A program made the translations under genes and the position numbers. Shown piece after piece: positions 63,875 through 64,000 of a stretch of 64,000 nucleotides of DNA. Under the pieces are notes generated by a model, which saw only the letters and a program-made list of their open reading frames with translations, was not told the DNA's origin and searched no databases. Source of the stretch: Podarcis tiliguerta (lineage: Eukaryota); NCBI GenBank assembly GCA_965153285.1, contig OZ229116.1. The stretch is one strand, 5' to 3'. Numbering within the stretch: the first letter of the stretch is position 1; each line of letters begins with the position of its first letter.

Positions 63875-64000
63875 ACCTATGTCAGTAGAGCCCGAGACTC
63901 TTAATTCCAGGGTTGTGGGTTCCAGCCCAATGTTGGGCAAAAGATTCCTGTGCAGGGGCTTGGATTATATAGCCCTCGTGGTCCTGTACAATTCTATGAT
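63875..64000 (+). mobile_element. Degraded tRNA-derived SINE with CR1-type tail
   Basis: tRNA-like GTAGAGC...GACTCTTAAT...GTGGGTTC followed by GGGGCTTGGA...ATTCTATGAT. Confidence 0.6.

Noticed and set aside
63875-63940. tRNA-like sequence (also the SINE heads at 10435 and 15310)
   Set aside because: No intact cloverleaf; continues into a LINE-derived tail, so it is a SINE rather than a tRNA gene.

Overview
Vertebrate genomic DNA, very probably a squamate (lacertid-type lizard, inferred from the repeat families). It holds the conserved AFG3L2 - PRELID3A - SPIRE1 block. AFG3L2 (m-AAA protease) exons 1-10 lie on the minus strand from 12248 to the window start. PRELID3A/SLMO1 is head-to-head on the plus strand (ATG 14432). 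The 3' half of SPIRE1 is on the minus strand (63461 to stop at 45247) and includes the 58-codon mitochondrial-targeting exon C. All exon boundaries were read by hand and splice in frame. Main points of interest: (1) an intact ~6.1 kb two-ORF LINE (probably RTE-X clade; 25149-~31258, minus) whose ORF1 and ORF2 are in frame, separated only by a leaky-type UGA-CUA stop with a small hairpin downstream, a candidate gag-pol-like readthrough system; (2) two paralogous final coding exons of PRELID3A, one 3A-type (22391) and one 3B-type (33286), with the LINE inserted between them; (3) two inverted or rearranged RTE/BovB insertions; (4) a weak candidate small spliced gene at about 35.6-36.4 kb. The rest is intronic or intergenic DNA rich in SINEs, MITEs and LINE fragments. 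No searches were run. Family names come from motif recognition and recalled orthologue sequences.
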